Source: the human T2T-CHM13v2.0 reference genome, Homo sapiens
Length of the DNA stretch: 64,000 nt
Reading direction: 5' to 3' (one strand)
Assembly: GCF_009914755.1 (NCBI RefSeq)
Contig: NC_060932.1
Positions 42,061-56,568 of this stretch are shown piece after piece. The notes beneath the pieces are model-generated. The model worked only from the letters and a program-made list of their open reading frames with translations, had not been told where the DNA came from and searched no databases. Position 1 is the stretch's first letter. Each line of letters begins with the position of its first letter. The translations under genes were made by a program, and so were the position numbers.

Positions 42061-45000
42061 GGCATTATCACTATTTTTATTTTAGCTGTTCTAATAGGTG
42101 TGTGGTGCTATCTCATCATGGCATTCATTTGCATTTCCCCAGTAGCTAGGGATGCTGAACATCTTTTCATGAGCTTATTTGCCATCCAAATATCATTTAC
42201 AATAAGATATCTCTTTTGCCCATTCCCTCATTGGATTTTTGTTTTTTTAAAAAAATGTTGAGTTTGGAGTTCTTTAATCTAGGTACGTGTTTTGCAAACA
42301 TTTTCTCCTAGTCTATAGCTTCTTTTCATCCTTCTAACACAGTTCTTCATAGAACAAACATTTTAAATTTGGATGAAGTCCAATTTATTGACTTTTTTTC
42401 TTTTATAGATCATGCTGTTGATATCATGTTTAGGAACTCTTCAACAGTCCATAGGTATTGAAGATTTTCTGGTATGTTTTCTTTTACAAGTTTTCTAGTT
42501 TTATGTTTTATTTTAAGTGTATGATCTATTTTGAGTTGCTTTTTAAGTTGTGGGGTGATGAATATGTGACTGTTTTCAAGTTCTCTGTTCTGTCCTATGT
42601 ATCACTCTCTTTGCTAATTCCACACAGTCTTGACTACGATAGCTATACTAATTTTGAAATTAGGTTCAGTGATTTCTCCTACTTTATTTTTCCTTTTTGA
42701 AATTATTTTAGACATTCTAGTTGCCTTACTTTTGCATATAAATTTTAGAATAATCTTATATATGTCTCCAAAATTCTTGTTGGAATTTTTATAAGAATTT
42801 CATTAAACTTGAATCTGAATATCATTTTGGGGAGAACTGACATCTTTACTAAGTTGACTCTTCCAATCCACAAACACAAATCCAATCCACATTTCTCTAC
42901 TATGTAGATACTCTTTGATTACTTCTATTGGCATTTTGTAGTTTTCAGCATATAAATCCCATAAATGTTTCATTAGATATACACACATGTATTCCATGTT
43001 TTTGAGATTGTAAATGATATTGTATAATTAATTTTTATATTCATGTGTACATTGCTAGTATATAAAAGTGTAATTGATTTTGATATGTTTATCTTACATC
43101 CTGCAACCTAACTAAACTCATTTATTAGTTCTAAGAGGTTTTTTCTTTATAGATTCCATTGAATTTTTCTAGTAGACAATCGTGTTGCCTGCAAATAGGA
43201 ATGGTTTTATTTCTTCCTTTTTCCTTTCTGATTTGTATGGATTTTATTTCCTCTTCTCTATTGCATGTCAAACTTTCAGTACTATATTGAATAGGAGTGG
43301 TGAGAGCAGTCATCCTTACCTGATCTTATGGAGAAAGAATTCAATCTTTTACTATTAAGTACAATGTTAGCTATAGGCGTTTTCATAGATACTCTTTATC
43401 AATTTGAGGGAGATTCCTTCTATTCTTATTTCTCTAAGTTTTTGCCATGAATGTTGTTTCATTTTGTCAAATGGGTTTCTGTACATCAATTAGTATGATT
43501 GTGATTTTTTCTTTAGACTGTTTATATAGTGAATTACATTGAGGATTTTCAAATATTGAACCATTCTTTTATCCCTAGAATAAATATATGGTTATGGCAT
43601 ATAATTACCTTTATATATTACTGAACACTATTTATCAATATTTTTAGGATTCTCACATCTATCTTTATAAGAGTAGTTAGTCTCTAGTTTTCTTTTATTG
43701 TGCTTTTTCTAGTTTTGGTATCAAAATAATTTCAGCTTCATAAAATGAATTGGGAAATATTTCCTCATCTTTTATTTTCTAGAAGAGGTTGTAGAGAATT
43801 GGTATTAATTATTCTTTAAATGTCTTATGGAATTTTCTAGAGAAACCATCTGGACCTGGAACTTTCTGTTTTGGGAGTTTCTAAATTACTAATTCAATTT
43901 CCTCAGTTACAAGACTATCAAAATTATCTATTTTATATTGTATGAATTGTGGTAGTTTGTGCTTTCTGGAAAATTGCTTAATTTCATATAAGTTGTCAAA
44001 TGTGTAGAGTTATTTGTAGAATGTCCTTATTATTCTCTTTGATGTCTGCAGGTCTGTAGTGATGTCCCCTTTGTAATTCCAGATATTGGCAATATATATC
44101 TTCTTTTTTCTTTGTCAGTGTTGCTGAAGGTTTATCAATTTTCTTTTCAAAGAACTAGCCTGTTTATTTTCTTGTTTTTCTCCTTGTAGTTTTATTAATT
44201 TCTGCTTTTATCTTTATTATATCCTTTCTTATGCTTGCTTTGGGTATATTTGGCTCTTTTTCTAGTTTCTTAAAAAACTAGTTTCTTCAGATAGGAGCTC
44301 AGATTATCAATTTGAGACTTTCCTCTTTTCAAATGTAAGCATTATATTAGTGCTATAAATTTTCCTCTCAGAACTGCTTTAGCTGAGTCACATAAATTTT
44401 GATGTTGTATTTTCATTTTCATTCACTTTAACGTATTTTTTTATTTCTTTGAAACTTTCTTTTTGACCTACAGATTCTATTTGAAAGTTTGTTGTTTATT
44501 TCCAACTGTTTGGAGATTTTCCTGCCATCTTTCTGTTGGGGATATCTATCTTGATTTGATTATAGCCAGAGAATACACTTTGTATAATTTCAATTCTTTT
44601 AAATTTGTTGAGGTTTGTTTTATGGTTTATGGTATATTTTGGTATACATTTTGTTAGTCAATTCTTCTGTTGTTGGGTGGATTGTATAAATATAAATTAG
44701 ATCTAGTTGATTGATAATGTTATGGTCTTCTCTATGTTTGCTGGTTTTCTGTCTAGTTGTTCTATCAGTTATTGAGAGAAGTGTGTTGAGGTTTTTAACT
44801 CTTATTATGAATTTGCCTATTTCTTTTTTCAGTTCTATCAGTTTTGTTTCACATACTTTGCAGTTCACTTTTTTGGGTATATATTTAGGGTTTGCATGCA
44901 AAATATGTATGTTTGCTATGTTGTTTTGGTAGATTGGCCCTTTTATCATTATATAATATCTCTCTCTGTCCTTGGTAATTTTCTTTTCTCTAAAGTCTCC

Positions 45001-45512
45001 TTTAACATTCATATAGCTATTCCTGCTTTTTAAAAAATTAATATTTACATTAAAACATTTTTTCATTCTGTAATTTTTACCCTCCTATATTGTTATATCT
45101 GACAGGAATTTCCTATAAACAGCATATAGTTGGGGTTTTTTAAAAATCCATCATGTCAAAAAAAAAATCCATTATGTCAATCATCTTTCATTTGTATATT
45201 TTCGCCACTTGTAGTCAATGTAATTGTTGATATACTTGGGCTAATATCTGCCATTTTTGTTGTTTCCTGTTTGTTCTCTACTTTTTTTCCTTTATTTTGA
45301 TTTTCTAGACTTATTGTGGGTATTTAGGACTTTTTAAGAATTCCATTTTTATTTATCTATAGTGTTTTTAGGTATATCTCTTTATCTCACTTTTTCAATG
45401 GTTGCTCTCCTTATTATAATAAATATACACAACTTACCAGAGTGTATTGGTAGAATTCTTACCTCCCTTTACATTCCTTTACTTTTCCTCATCTATAAAA
45501 TAATTTTCTTAA

Positions 45513-45962
<450 letters not shown>

Positions 45963-46864
45963 TGATAACACATGTTAGGTAGTTTTCATATTCCCATAGA
46001 TCCGTGCCCTCTTTTTTTTCTTCAGCCTATTTGATCTATTGCTAAGATAGGGTAATTTCTACTATTCTACTTATAAGTTCACTGATTCTTTCCTCTGTCC
46101 ACTCCATTCTCATGTTAGCCCATCCACTGAGTTTTTTTTTTTTTTTTTTAACTTCATTTTCCTAGAAATTGGAAAAAATAATGAAGTAAGAAAAGAATGC
46201 AAAAAGGAAGCCAATACGTTTTTTGAAGTAGTAAAAAGAAACTTCTTTCTGCTTCCTAAGAAATGAATACACTCATGGGTTGGCCAGGGGTCCAGTGACC
46301 ACGCAGGCTGATGTGACTCATATTTGGACTGGTCCTGCTCCTTTCAACAGCCCTCTGTTAGAACATGCCCTAGAGTTCCTCTACAGAGCAATGTGGCTGC
46401 TCTGGGCAAGGCTGCCTCCAGGTGACTGGACCGACAGCCAAGGCAGGAACAAGCAGTGTTGCAGCATTAAGCTGTAGCTTATCAGAGTGCTGCAGAGCTT
46501 TCCTCCTCTGGCCTTTTCAACGCCAGCCCTACTCATCTTACTGTCAACCTTCAGCTCCCTCAAATCCCGGACTGATGCCATGGCTTTTTTTACTTTTCTC
46601 TCCCCCAGCATGTGCTTCCTCCTAATTTCTGCTTGCTTACCTGGCCTCTGACCCATTTTTGCTTGCATTATGACATTGTGCACATGTGTGGATTCCCTGA
46701 CCCAGCTCTTCAGCAGGGGCCCCTGACCTAACTAAATACCACCTAGACATTCTAATGGTTTCACTTTCACCAACAACTGTGTTGCTCTCCAAGGCTAACG
46801 GAATAGAGACCTTTCTTTCTTCTCTGCAAGGCAGGGGTGGAGAAGATCGATTTTAAAGGCTTAC

Positions 46865-46944
46865 AGCCTCTACTCTCCAGGACATATTTCTGTGAGGTCA
46901 CCAGCTGCTGCTTATGCGTGCTCCTTCCATCCCAAGCCCAGCAC
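46865..46944 (-). pseudogene. Candidate relic exon (80 nt) with mutated acceptor (CAC)
   Basis: atttcttttcctgcctccac|GTGCTG...GAGGCT|gtaagc; open phase-2 frame CWAWDGRSTHKQQLVTSQKYVLESRG. Confidence 0.3.
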
Positions 46945-47052
46945 GTGGAGGCAGGAAAAGAAATGAGTGGGCAGACAAATTAACACTGAAAGGCTTGATA
47001 AATACTAACAGCAAATACTAAAAATAACTAGACAGCAGTGGTTTACTTTTAG

Positions 47053-47354
<302 letters not shown>

Positions 47355-47587
47355 ATGTTTAGGAATTTCATCTGTGCTTTTGTGTTGGGGCGAGAGCGAG
47401 GGAGAGAATGAGGACTGTAGAGAAGTTGGAAATGTTGCTGTTCTCTGGAGGTGGAGCCACTGAAGAGCTTCCCTGGGTAGACAGCACTCCTCCACCTCCT
47501 CCCTGAAATACCTCTCTCAGCCTTCCCAGGCTTCCTCAGTTCTACAAATGGCTCCTTCCTGTGCCACAAAGGCATCCCTGCTCTTAC

Positions 47588-47688
47588 CAGCAGAGAGGAA
47601 AAGTGGCTAAGAGATTGTGGCTGTTTTCTTCCTCAGTCTCATCCTCTCCCATTTGCAGGAGAGCCTGGCTGCCTTTTGACCTCAGCTT
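47588..47688 (-). pseudogene. Candidate relic exon (101 nt)
   Basis: cccttctgtcttttag|AAGCTG...CTGCTG|gtaaga; open frame KLRSKGSQALLQMGEDETEEENSHNLLATFPLC. Confidence 0.45.
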
Positions 47689-47831
47689 CTAAAAGACAGA
47701 AGGGTGCCTGGGGTTAGTGTGTGTCTCCTGTATATCTGTGAGTCCCTGGTATGCTGGGTGTGACATGGCAAAGCCATTAACCCCACATGACACAATCTGC
47801 AGACACAGACTCCAGACTAGGAATCCCACAC

Positions 47832-48023
47832 ATTCCCCAAAATGCCCACTCCTGCGCTCCTGTAGGACTAGGGATGAGCATAAATGGCCCTGATCCTTTT
47901 AAGACCAGGGTCTCCTGGTTGAATAAAATGGAGGACAGTAAGCCTGTTCAGTTCTGTTTCTGTTATTTTCCCTTCCCTGGTGAGTAATTCAGCTATGCTG
48001 TGAATCGATAGGGATCTCTGGAG
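47832..48023 (-). pseudogene. Candidate relic exon (strong acceptor, donor uncertain)
   Basis: ttccctcctcttgtgtcttcttccag|CTCCAG...; LQRSLSIHSIAELLTREGKITETELNRLTVLHFIQPGDPGLKRIRAIYAHP*. Confidence 0.35.
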
Positions 48024-48229
48024 CTGGAAGAAGACACAAGAGGAGGGAAATAAATTGCTCCCAGTTGGATGAATTATAAGCACCTTTGAGTTCTTCATCA
48101 AATCTGTCCTGTGCAATCAGCAAAGAAGGAGTATTTTCAGCCTGAGTTCCCCCGCCCCCGCTCCCCTAATCCCTCCTTTATATCATGCACTCTCATAGCA
48201 CAGTCTGAAAGCAAAAAGAAATAAAAGGT

Positions 48230-49129
48230 CTTCCTTCCCTACTCTCAAAATCACCACATCTTTTCCCATCTCCCCACTTCCTTCCTTTATGACTCCAATA
48301 AAGAGGGAGCATCCTTCATGGAAAGGTTAATCCCTCCGTTTATATCCTGGTCTCCCCTCCAGCATCATCCACATCTCACTCCATCCCTTCACCACCACCC
48401 CTCTTACATCTTCAGGATACCATCTCCTGGGCTCCTTCCCCAAGGCTGGAAAACAGCCTCCACCTCTGTGATTCTATAAGCCTTCCTTCTATTTTATTAC
48501 CCTTTACAATTCTATCTCTCTCCTCTTCTCCATCATGCATCCCAAAAGAAGGGTCTGATTATTTTCATCACTCTTCCTATATTTACTCCAACTATTGCAG
48601 CCAGACCTCTCTCTGCTTCCTGCAAGGTGCCTACTGATTTCCAGGTTGCCAAACGCAATGGCTTTGAGCTTTCTGTTCTACCCTTCTGAAACCCACTCTG
48701 CCCTTTGATTCTGTGGTAGTGCAACATCCTGGTGCTCCTGGGACCAGGATGGTCTATCTGTCCATTCCTAGACCCTTCCAGTTTCCTCCTCTTTTGCCCA
48801 TCCCATAAATGAGAGTAATCCCCACAATCAAAGGTGGCCACATTTAGCAAAAAAAGACAGAAAGCCCAATTAAATTTAAATTTCAGATCAATAGTTTTTA
48901 TATTGCATGGAACATTCTTACACTAAAATTTTATTCTTTGTTGATCTGAAATTCAGTGTTAACTGAGCTTCCTATTTTTTAATCTGACAATCCTACCACA
49001 GTTGTTTCTTCAGAGCTCCTCTCCATTCTCTAACTTCTTCCCTTGTTGATGTTTTCTATGCCCATGGCTTCTATGATTATCTTTTCTCAGATAATTCCCA
49101 AATCTTTATTTCTAGCACCAATCTCTCTC

Positions 49130-49160
<31 letters not shown>

Positions 49161-49800
49161 GGTGTATTTCTCTTTTCCCTGGGGGTATTTTTTTGACCCC
49201 CTACTTGCTTTTCTTCCCTTCTGGACTCTCTATTTCTTCCCTTCTCCAGCCTCCCAATCACTTCAACTCCAAAGTCAGGAGGCCGACCTCAGCAAGTGGC
49301 TGAGCACTTGTTGGTTTTACCCTAACCAACATTCTCTCAGATATGTCTTTCCTTCCATTTCCATAGATGCCACTGACTTGAGATCTTTGTCATTTCTGTA
49401 TGTCTACAAACCATCCCACACTATTTAAATTGCCTTCTGACTAGTCCCCCAACTTCTACTTACATCCACCCTCTACCCCTCCACACACCACTCAATTAAC
49501 ATCCTAATTAAAGTGCAGATGTGGCCATGCCACTCCCTCGATAAAGGAAGCTTCTGACTGGCTACTGGTTAAAGTCGAAGCTCCCTAACCAGCATCCAGA
49601 ACCTTCAATGAGCTTTCTTTCTCCAATTCTTTCCCTGTGGTCTCCTCTATGCACCCCAAATTCAAGGAGCATCAGAATATGATTCCAGGCCTCCCTATCT
49701 CTATTTGCTGACACTCAGACTTAGATGTAGACTACTTTGAAGGAGATTCATACAGTTTCTGCATAAATAGATGCTCCATAAATGCTTGCTGAATTAGTGA
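48230..49800 (+). mobile_element. Decayed L2 LINE with a nested MER53-like MITE (about 48830-48995) and (TC)n (49127-49160)
   Basis: Pyrimidine-rich L2 text ending aatagatgctccataaatgcttgctgaattagtgaa; palindromic ttaaatttaaatttcagatcaa...ttgatctgaaattcagtgttaa. Confidence 0.65.
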
Positions 49801-49918
49801 AGTAAGTCAATTTGAAATTGACCACATTAACAGAATGAAGTAATTAAATCCATGAATCATTTATGTGATTCATTTATGCAAATGAATGCAGTTTTTCACA
49901 AACTCATTGTTTGCTTAC

Positions 49919-50000
49919 CATCAATTATGGGTGATGTCAAGTTCATGTAAGTATGTAATATGTCTATGATGTCAAATCACAGCTGGGCCCTGATGGAACT
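49919..50000 (-). pseudogene. Candidate relic exon (71 or 82 nt) with one TGA
   Basis: Donor GATG|gtaagc; frame (SSIR)AQL*FDIIDILHTYMNLTSPIID; acceptor either catcag before 49989 or a mutated ctgtgg before 50000. Confidence 0.45.
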
Positions 50001-50093
50001 CCACAGGGCAGGGACAGACACAGACCACACCTGCTGCTTCTCTCGATTTACTTTTTGAACTCTAATCCCTTCCCCATTTCCCTCACTTCTTAC

Positions 50094-50211
50094 AGATGAT
50101 TCTTTGTAAACATCCTTGAATTTTCTGATATATAGTCTCCAAACAACTGGAAGTTCGAAATCACTGCCAAAACCACATTCTGATCCAAGAACATCTGAGT
50201 GCTTTAATAAC
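50094..50211 (-). pseudogene. Candidate relic exon (118 nt), open
   Basis: cttctgatttag|GTTATT...TCATCT|gtaaga; LLKHSDVLGSECGFGSDFELPVVWRLYIRKFKDVYKESS. Confidence 0.5.
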
Positions 50212-50217
50212 CTAAAT

Positions 50218-50434
50218 CAGAAGCCTGCAACCTCTTCCTGCAACACGCCACATGGTAAATATTTTTGGCTTTGCATACCGTTCGGTCTCCAGTTGCAATG
50301 ATGACTCAACTTTGCCATTGAGGCACAGAAACGGCCATGGTTGACACAAAAACAAATGGGTGGGCCTGTGTGCCTATAAAACTTTACCTGCAAAGCAGCC
50401 AGCCAGGATGCCAGCCACCGTTTGCTGACCCCAG
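50218..50434. mobile_element. MER58A hAT-Charlie DNA transposon
   Basis: ggtaaatatttttggctttgca...actcaactttgccattg...cctataaaacttta...tttgctgacccc; cctaaa on both flanks. Confidence 0.8.
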
Positions 50435-50665
50435 CCTAAACCAAGTTTCTAATGAATGATTTACTTTGTGTTCCTTCCAAACTATACCTTTCATTGCAGT
50501 CACTTGATTGGGAAAAACATCAGAATTTCAGTTGGTATAGTCTTTTCATGAGATCATAGTTAAACTAACTCAGGACTACAGAGTGGGTCAAGAGAAAATA
50601 AGGAGTGAATATTTGAAGGCCGCTTTGGGACTTTCCTCCCAGCCTGGTGGACATCACCCCAGAGC

Positions 50666-51073
50666 AAGGGCATGGAGAGGCCAGATAGGTGAGCAGCCCA
50701 CTTTTAGGCGCAAGATTTAAGGTGGTGCCACAAAAGCATAAATCTACATAAGTAATATTTTAATGCAATGTTTTAAAGAAAATCAGAATGAATGAAGACA
50801 TTCATGATGAATAAAATATCAACATTTTTAATTAAGACAGATTCGCTATTACTGATTTTTTCTCTTGCCCTGGGTTCCAGTGTGACTCTGCACAGCAATG
50901 TTATTGATCCTATTTTTATTTAAAATGTTGATCTTTGTCCATCATGGATGTTTTGCATTTGATTTTTGAAAAACATTGCGCTAAGTGCTATTTATTTTGA
51001 TTATGGAGTTTTTGGCAACTTCTAATTTTGCACAAAAGCAAATGTCCTACTCACCTTCTCTAGTCTCAGCCCT
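50666..51073. mobile_element. MER96B-like hAT DNA transposon
   Basis: ggcgcaagatttaaggtggtgcca...taattttgcac...ctagtctcagccctg terminal inverted similarity. Confidence 0.65.
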
Positions 51074-51599
51074 GCAACAACCTCATCATCATCGTCAACA
51101 TCTATGCCCATTATGGAGAATTACATGCAGCTATTTAATGTTCCCTTTGGACTAAATCTTTCCTCTTGGCTACTTTAATGCCATTTTCACTTACTTAGAT
51201 CCACCCTATAAGCAGGTAAATTTGAAACATGTAGAAACTCTTGTGCCATACTCTCTAGAGCCACTTCTTAAAGGATATGTTAAAGAGAGAAATAATATGT
51301 TAAATGGAGACAATAAAATAAGAGGTTTATTAAATTTTATTATTTTATTTTATTAAATAATTTAATAAATTTTATTATTGTATTAAATATTTTATTAATT
51401 TCTTATTTAATAAAATAGTGGCACTTAGTATATTTTATTAAATTCCTACTAAGTGCCTAGTGGCTAAAGAACTTTGTATCCCTCATTTCATTTAATTATG
51501 ACAACCCGCAGAGGGGACGGGACAGGAGGCAATATATCATTATTTCCAACCCAGTGCTAGGGAGAAGATAGCAAGTGCTCCACTTTGGAAAGAAACTAC

Positions 51600-51670
51600 A
51601 TTTCATGCTTCTCCAGGCAACTTCCAAGGAGTCATCAACCCATTTGAGAAGCATGTCTGGTATTACATTT
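51600..51670 (-). pseudogene. Candidate relic exon (about 71 nt)
   Basis: gtgcatcttgttacag|AAATGT...; NVIPDMLLKWVDDSLEVAWRSMK; weak donor gtagtt. Confidence 0.4.
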
Positions 51671-52676
51671 CTGTAACAAGATGCACAGCAGGCACTTTCA
51701 AGCATTTAAAATACTTGAATGTGTAAAGTTTCACAGTTGGTCATAAGTTCATAATAGCTACGTGCCTCTTTTATTGGGGAGATGCCATGCCATGCTGGGA
51801 TTCCACAAGGGAGTAGGGCTCCCCCCATTCTTTAAAATAGAGCAGCTCAAAAAACTCCTCTGGCAATTTTAACTACACAAGAATAGAAAACACCCAGGCA
51901 GAGTGTGAGAGATCAATCTTGTAAACAGCAGGATAAGCAAGGTGTAAACAAGAATGGAAAGAAAATATACAGCCTTTTAAAAAATCATTGCTTTTGACAA
52001 GGACAATAAGATAGGAATAAATTCAGCCCCGAATAGCATGGAAAAACAAAAGCTCAGAGAAGTGTTAAATCACATGCCAGGTGGCTGCAGGAATTCGCAA
52101 TAATCCATTCCAATCTGCCAACCCGTCCCTTTTGGCATCCGGCTTGATTTTACACAGGCTCTTCTTCCAGTTTTATGTGCTTGGGAGTTTGTGGGGAGGG
52201 TGTTGTTTGGTTTTTTTCTCGTCAAGCAGCAAACCCAGCATTTTCAAGGCTGTTGCAACTTTCCTAAGTCACATATTTTTTCTCCTCTGACCCCACAAAC
52301 AATGTTGTTTTGGAGAACCACAAACCACAATATTTCCATCTTTCATTTCACGGAACCATGTTCTTGCATGCAGTAAAAATATGTTCACATCCTTGTACTA
52401 AGTCTTAGTAAATGCATCATATGATCACGGGTGTTATTAGAAGACTTCATGCAATAAAACTCCTGCATCTTCTACCCTTTCAATAATTCTACCAAATATT
52501 AAGCACTGAGCATGTACTCATACTCATGACCTGAAGATAACAGGAATGAACTGTCAGATCCCTGCTTTGAGGACCACATAGTCCAATGGAGGAGAGAGAC
52601 TTAGAAATAAACAGCTACAATAAGGGAGGAAGCTACCTTTATCCCTCAAGCTGTAAAGTGATAATGTGCATGGGTT

Positions 52677-53131
52677 TATTAAACAAAAATTTAGGGAAGG
52701 TCATTATTTTGGATTAGGCTCCTGCACTAGGCCCCAACAGACCAGACCAAATCAAAATGGAGTCACTTGTGCTAAGTGCCACATCATCACACTGAACTTT
52801 GAAATGGGCCAGTTTTCCAAAAATCAAGAGATTCATAGCAACCAATCAGAAGAGGCCCAGTTTACCTGAGCCAACATAATAAAGAAGTCCCCTCTGTTTT
52901 AACTCTATAAGGAAAGTGATCTTTTTCAAGGTGGTCTTTGAAATGACTGATCTGCTTTTTGTTCCCTGTTTCTGCTTTCTTCAGCCTTTTACTGCCTATA
53001 AGCCCCCTCTTGTTGAGCCCATCAGAGCACCCATTCTATTTTATAGAATGAGATGGTGCCTGAGTCTAAAATTACAAATAAAAGCCAATTCAATTTTTCG
53101 ACCACATTTGTTGTAATTTTGTCTTTTGACA
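52677..53131 (+). mobile_element. ERV1 (MER4-group) solo LTR, subfamily uncertain
   Basis: ctcctgcactaggccccaacagaccagaccaaatcaaaatggagtcac...aataaaagccaatt...ttttgtcttttgaca. Confidence 0.8.
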
Positions 53132-53145
53132 GGTTCCACTCATAC

Positions 53146-53204
53146 TTTTCAGCACTCCTCAGCAGGTTGCTTCCAAGAATTGATCAAAGGATGAAGTATC
53201 CACC
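53146..53204 (-). pseudogene. Candidate relic exon (59 nt) with one TGA
   Basis: atctgtacctgcacag|GGTGGA...TGAAAA|gtatga; VDTSSFDQFLEATC*GVLK. Confidence 0.35.
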
Positions 53205-53374
53205 CTGTGCAGGTACAGATATTGGACAACACTCAGTGCTTCCCATGAAGCAAAGAAATGCCCTCCTGTGAAGCCCTTCAGCCTCCTCCACCTTCATCAC
53301 TGCCTTGCTCCACACTCCTGTTCTCAGCCTCAGACTTCCACACTGCCTTCTTCAAGCTTACTGATGGCGCAAGT

Positions 53375-53635
53375 GTCATGCTATTTACTATATGCCAAGA
53401 ATTGCATAAATTATCTCATATACTATCTCATATAATTATCTCATTGAATTTTCATAACCACCTCAGAATAGGCTTTGTTATCCCAGTGTTATTAATAAAG
53501 AAAATGAGCCTCTGAAATTTTCAGAAACTTCTGAAAAGTTCAGAAACTTGCCCAAGGCTAAACAGCTAGTATAGAGAAACTGAGGTGAGAACCCAGGATT
53601 ATGTGATTAGAACACCTCTTAAACAGTACATTCAT
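53375..53635 (+). mobile_element. MIR SINE
   Basis: atctcattgaattttcataaccac...aacttgcccaaggctaaacagctagt. Confidence 0.7.
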
Positions 53636-55114
53636 CTTTCTCCATGGGCATGTTTAATGTAACGCCCCTTAAGGTTATTTACACCTTAAGAACAGAGATT
53701 GACATTTCCGTTTTTTAATAGTTCCTAGACAGGGTAGACCCATAGCAAGCAACGTATGCATCTACCTATGTGATGTGATTTAAGGGAGGCTGGACAAGGA
53801 TGGGTTAAAAATGTCTCCACTATTGCCTATCATGGTGCCTAGAATTTCACCATTGGGAGTGCATTATTTTGGGTGTGAAGTCTTTCTAGTCTTCAGGATC
53901 GCTCTCTTAGAACATGATTGCCCTAGGAGGGGCAATCCTACACTGAGACCTCAGTGAGGATAAAGATGTCAGAGAATGAGACACAGGAGAAATGCCCAGA
54001 AAGGAGCTAGGGACCTCTGAGATGGGAAAAGTGGTCCCAAGAAGAGGATGGGAGGTTCTAGGACAGGTGTGGAAGTTTTGTTTTGCTGGCCCCATCTCTG
54101 TGGCCCTGAGCACTGGGCAGGGCAAATGGAAGGTATGTAAGTTTTTATTTGACTTGAGGAAACAGTGTTTTGATCCGACATGAGAGGAGGAGGTATGAGG
54201 GATGGTGGCAGGTGGGCATTGAGTGCTGAGGTCGCCAGAAAAGGAGAGCTCAGAATGAGAGGAGGTAATTTTGGGGACACAGGGCCCCAAGAATAGTACC
54301 AAATAAAGAGAAATAACAAATGAGTTGGTGAATGTCTGTCTTCCCAGACTGCCACAGCCACGTGCTACCTAGGTACTCCCTAATAAGGAAATCCAATGTG
54401 GATTTAATCACCGTAATACAGAAAGGATGTTAGGATGATCTAGAAACAAAATGGAAAGACAGATATAATGTACAAAGATACTATTTATAAAATGCATTAC
54501 TTCAAAATAAACCCAGCTCTTTTGACAAAAAGATCTAGTGGTTGTTCTATTCCCATAATAAATAGATCCAGAATTTTGGTAAAAGGTGAGTGTACCAGAT
54601 TTCTATATTAAGGTACATGGCAAATATATCTGATAAAACCACTAGGCAAACCTAAATCCCTGGTGAAGCTCAGTTAAAACCATGAGAAAGAGCTCTGAAG
54701 ACCACCACAGGGCAACGACCCTGAGAAATCCTAAGACTTTCCTAAGAATTTAGCCCTGATCAACAATCACTTTGCTCTATGACCTTCCAGCTAAAGATAA
54801 ATGCACTTGCTCTGAGCTTTCACTGAATGCCTCCTTCACAAACAGGAAAGGTTACTTCTATTTACTCTAATCTACTTCCTATTTTCAAAAAAGACCCCTT
54901 TATTTAATTCCTACAAAGAAAACAACCCCAAGGAGGAAAGAAGGAAGCAGGTAAGCTCTGACCTTTATCTGCTAAATGAGTTATTTTACCAATAGTACAG
55001 GTGATCCTGTTCTCACAATGCTGAATAACAATTCTTTGTACCCCTTGGCATAAGAGGAACCAGTAGCTACAGCCTAAGGCTTATTGTGAATGAGTAGAGA
55101 AAAGAAAAATATAG

Positions 55115-55514
<400 letters not shown>

Positions 55515-55605
55515 CCTCTTGTGAGTTTCTTAATTAAATTACTGCAATATATATTTCCTTTTCATTTCATCTTGGCTACTAATGAGCTGCGTTTCCACGA
55601 ATTAC

Positions 55606-55631
55606 CTGCTTTCTTCATGGTGGCTGCATGT
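55606..55631 (-). pseudogene. Candidate relic exon (26 nt)
   Basis: ctttgctatttatgtctcag|ACATGCAGCCACCATGAAGAAAGCAG|gtaatt; frame ambiguous (DMQPP*RKQ or TCSHHEES). Confidence 0.4.
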
Positions 55632-56445
55632 CTGAGACATAAATAGCAAAGGTTTCTGTTTCGGTCCCCTAAGAGGTTTGTAGTAACCTCTGTGGATATT
55701 CATAGACACAATGATGACATGATCCAAACCCACAGTTAGACACAAGGTCTAATAAGGGATCTTGTGCTTTATTTCCAGATGCAAGCAGAAACTTTGCAAA
55801 TACACTTCAGATACCTAAATATAAGGGTTTCTAGACAGTTTAGTGTTATAAAGAACAATCAGGAAAAATATACATTTTTGAGGTCCTAAAAATCTGGGTG
55901 GTGATTACAATGCTGGAGCAAAACGGCCATGCCAGTATTTTTGTAATTCATATTTTATAAGAAAAGGATTCAGAACTCATAAAATTAGTGAAAATAAATA
56001 TTGAATACATTTAAAATATAAAATTTACAAACATCATGTAAAATATAAAAAAACTAAACAGTATCACTGTATTAATAATTATTGGCAGGCAGAATTTTAA
56101 AACACAAGCATTAAAAAAACTAAGCCTGAAAAATGAAAAAAAAATTAAGTCATGAAAAGTTGAAAATGAGATCATGTTATTTGAACTTTTATAAAATGAG
56201 TTATTAAGGTGTACAGACATTGTTGCTATGGAGTTGAGAACATATTTTTGTGCAAATTTCCTCACTAAAAAAGAGAAAGTATTAGTCAGGGAAATGATGA
56301 TGTATTTATGAGCAGTCTCCAAATCTTTTTCTCTGACTCCTCCATCTTCAGATAATCCTAATTCTCACTTGATAACTTTGAGGAGTATTTAGGAGTATTT
56401 TTTAACAACTTTGTTGGGGGCAAGAGGTGAAACCTATTTATTTAC

Positions 56446-56564
56446 CTCGTGCTATAGTTTGCTTGAAAGCAAGAAGCAAGCATTTCTGATTTGCCTTTAC
56501 TTTAGTTTGCTCATCTGTGGTGGAATCCCAATGCCCAGCCACTTGCATCTGTTTTGTAATTCTC
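56446..56564 (-). pseudogene. Candidate relic exon (119 nt), open
   Basis: cctctacaatag|GAGAAT...CACGAG|gtaaat; RITKQMQVAGHWDSTTDEQTKVKANQKCLLLAFKQTIAR, in phase with the 59667-59716 segment. Confidence 0.45.
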
Positions 56565-56568
56565 CTAT

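Noticed and set aside
48084-48108. Possible 25-nt minus-strand exon (cacag|GACAGATTTGATGAAGAACTCAAAG|gtgctt)
   Set aside because: Weak donor and only about 60 nt to the next acceptor; not included in the model.
54500-54960. Plus-strand donor-like motifs (AAG|gtgagt near 54586, CAG|gtaagc near 54951)
   Set aside because: No convincing paired acceptors or reading frames; isolated motifs are expected by chance.
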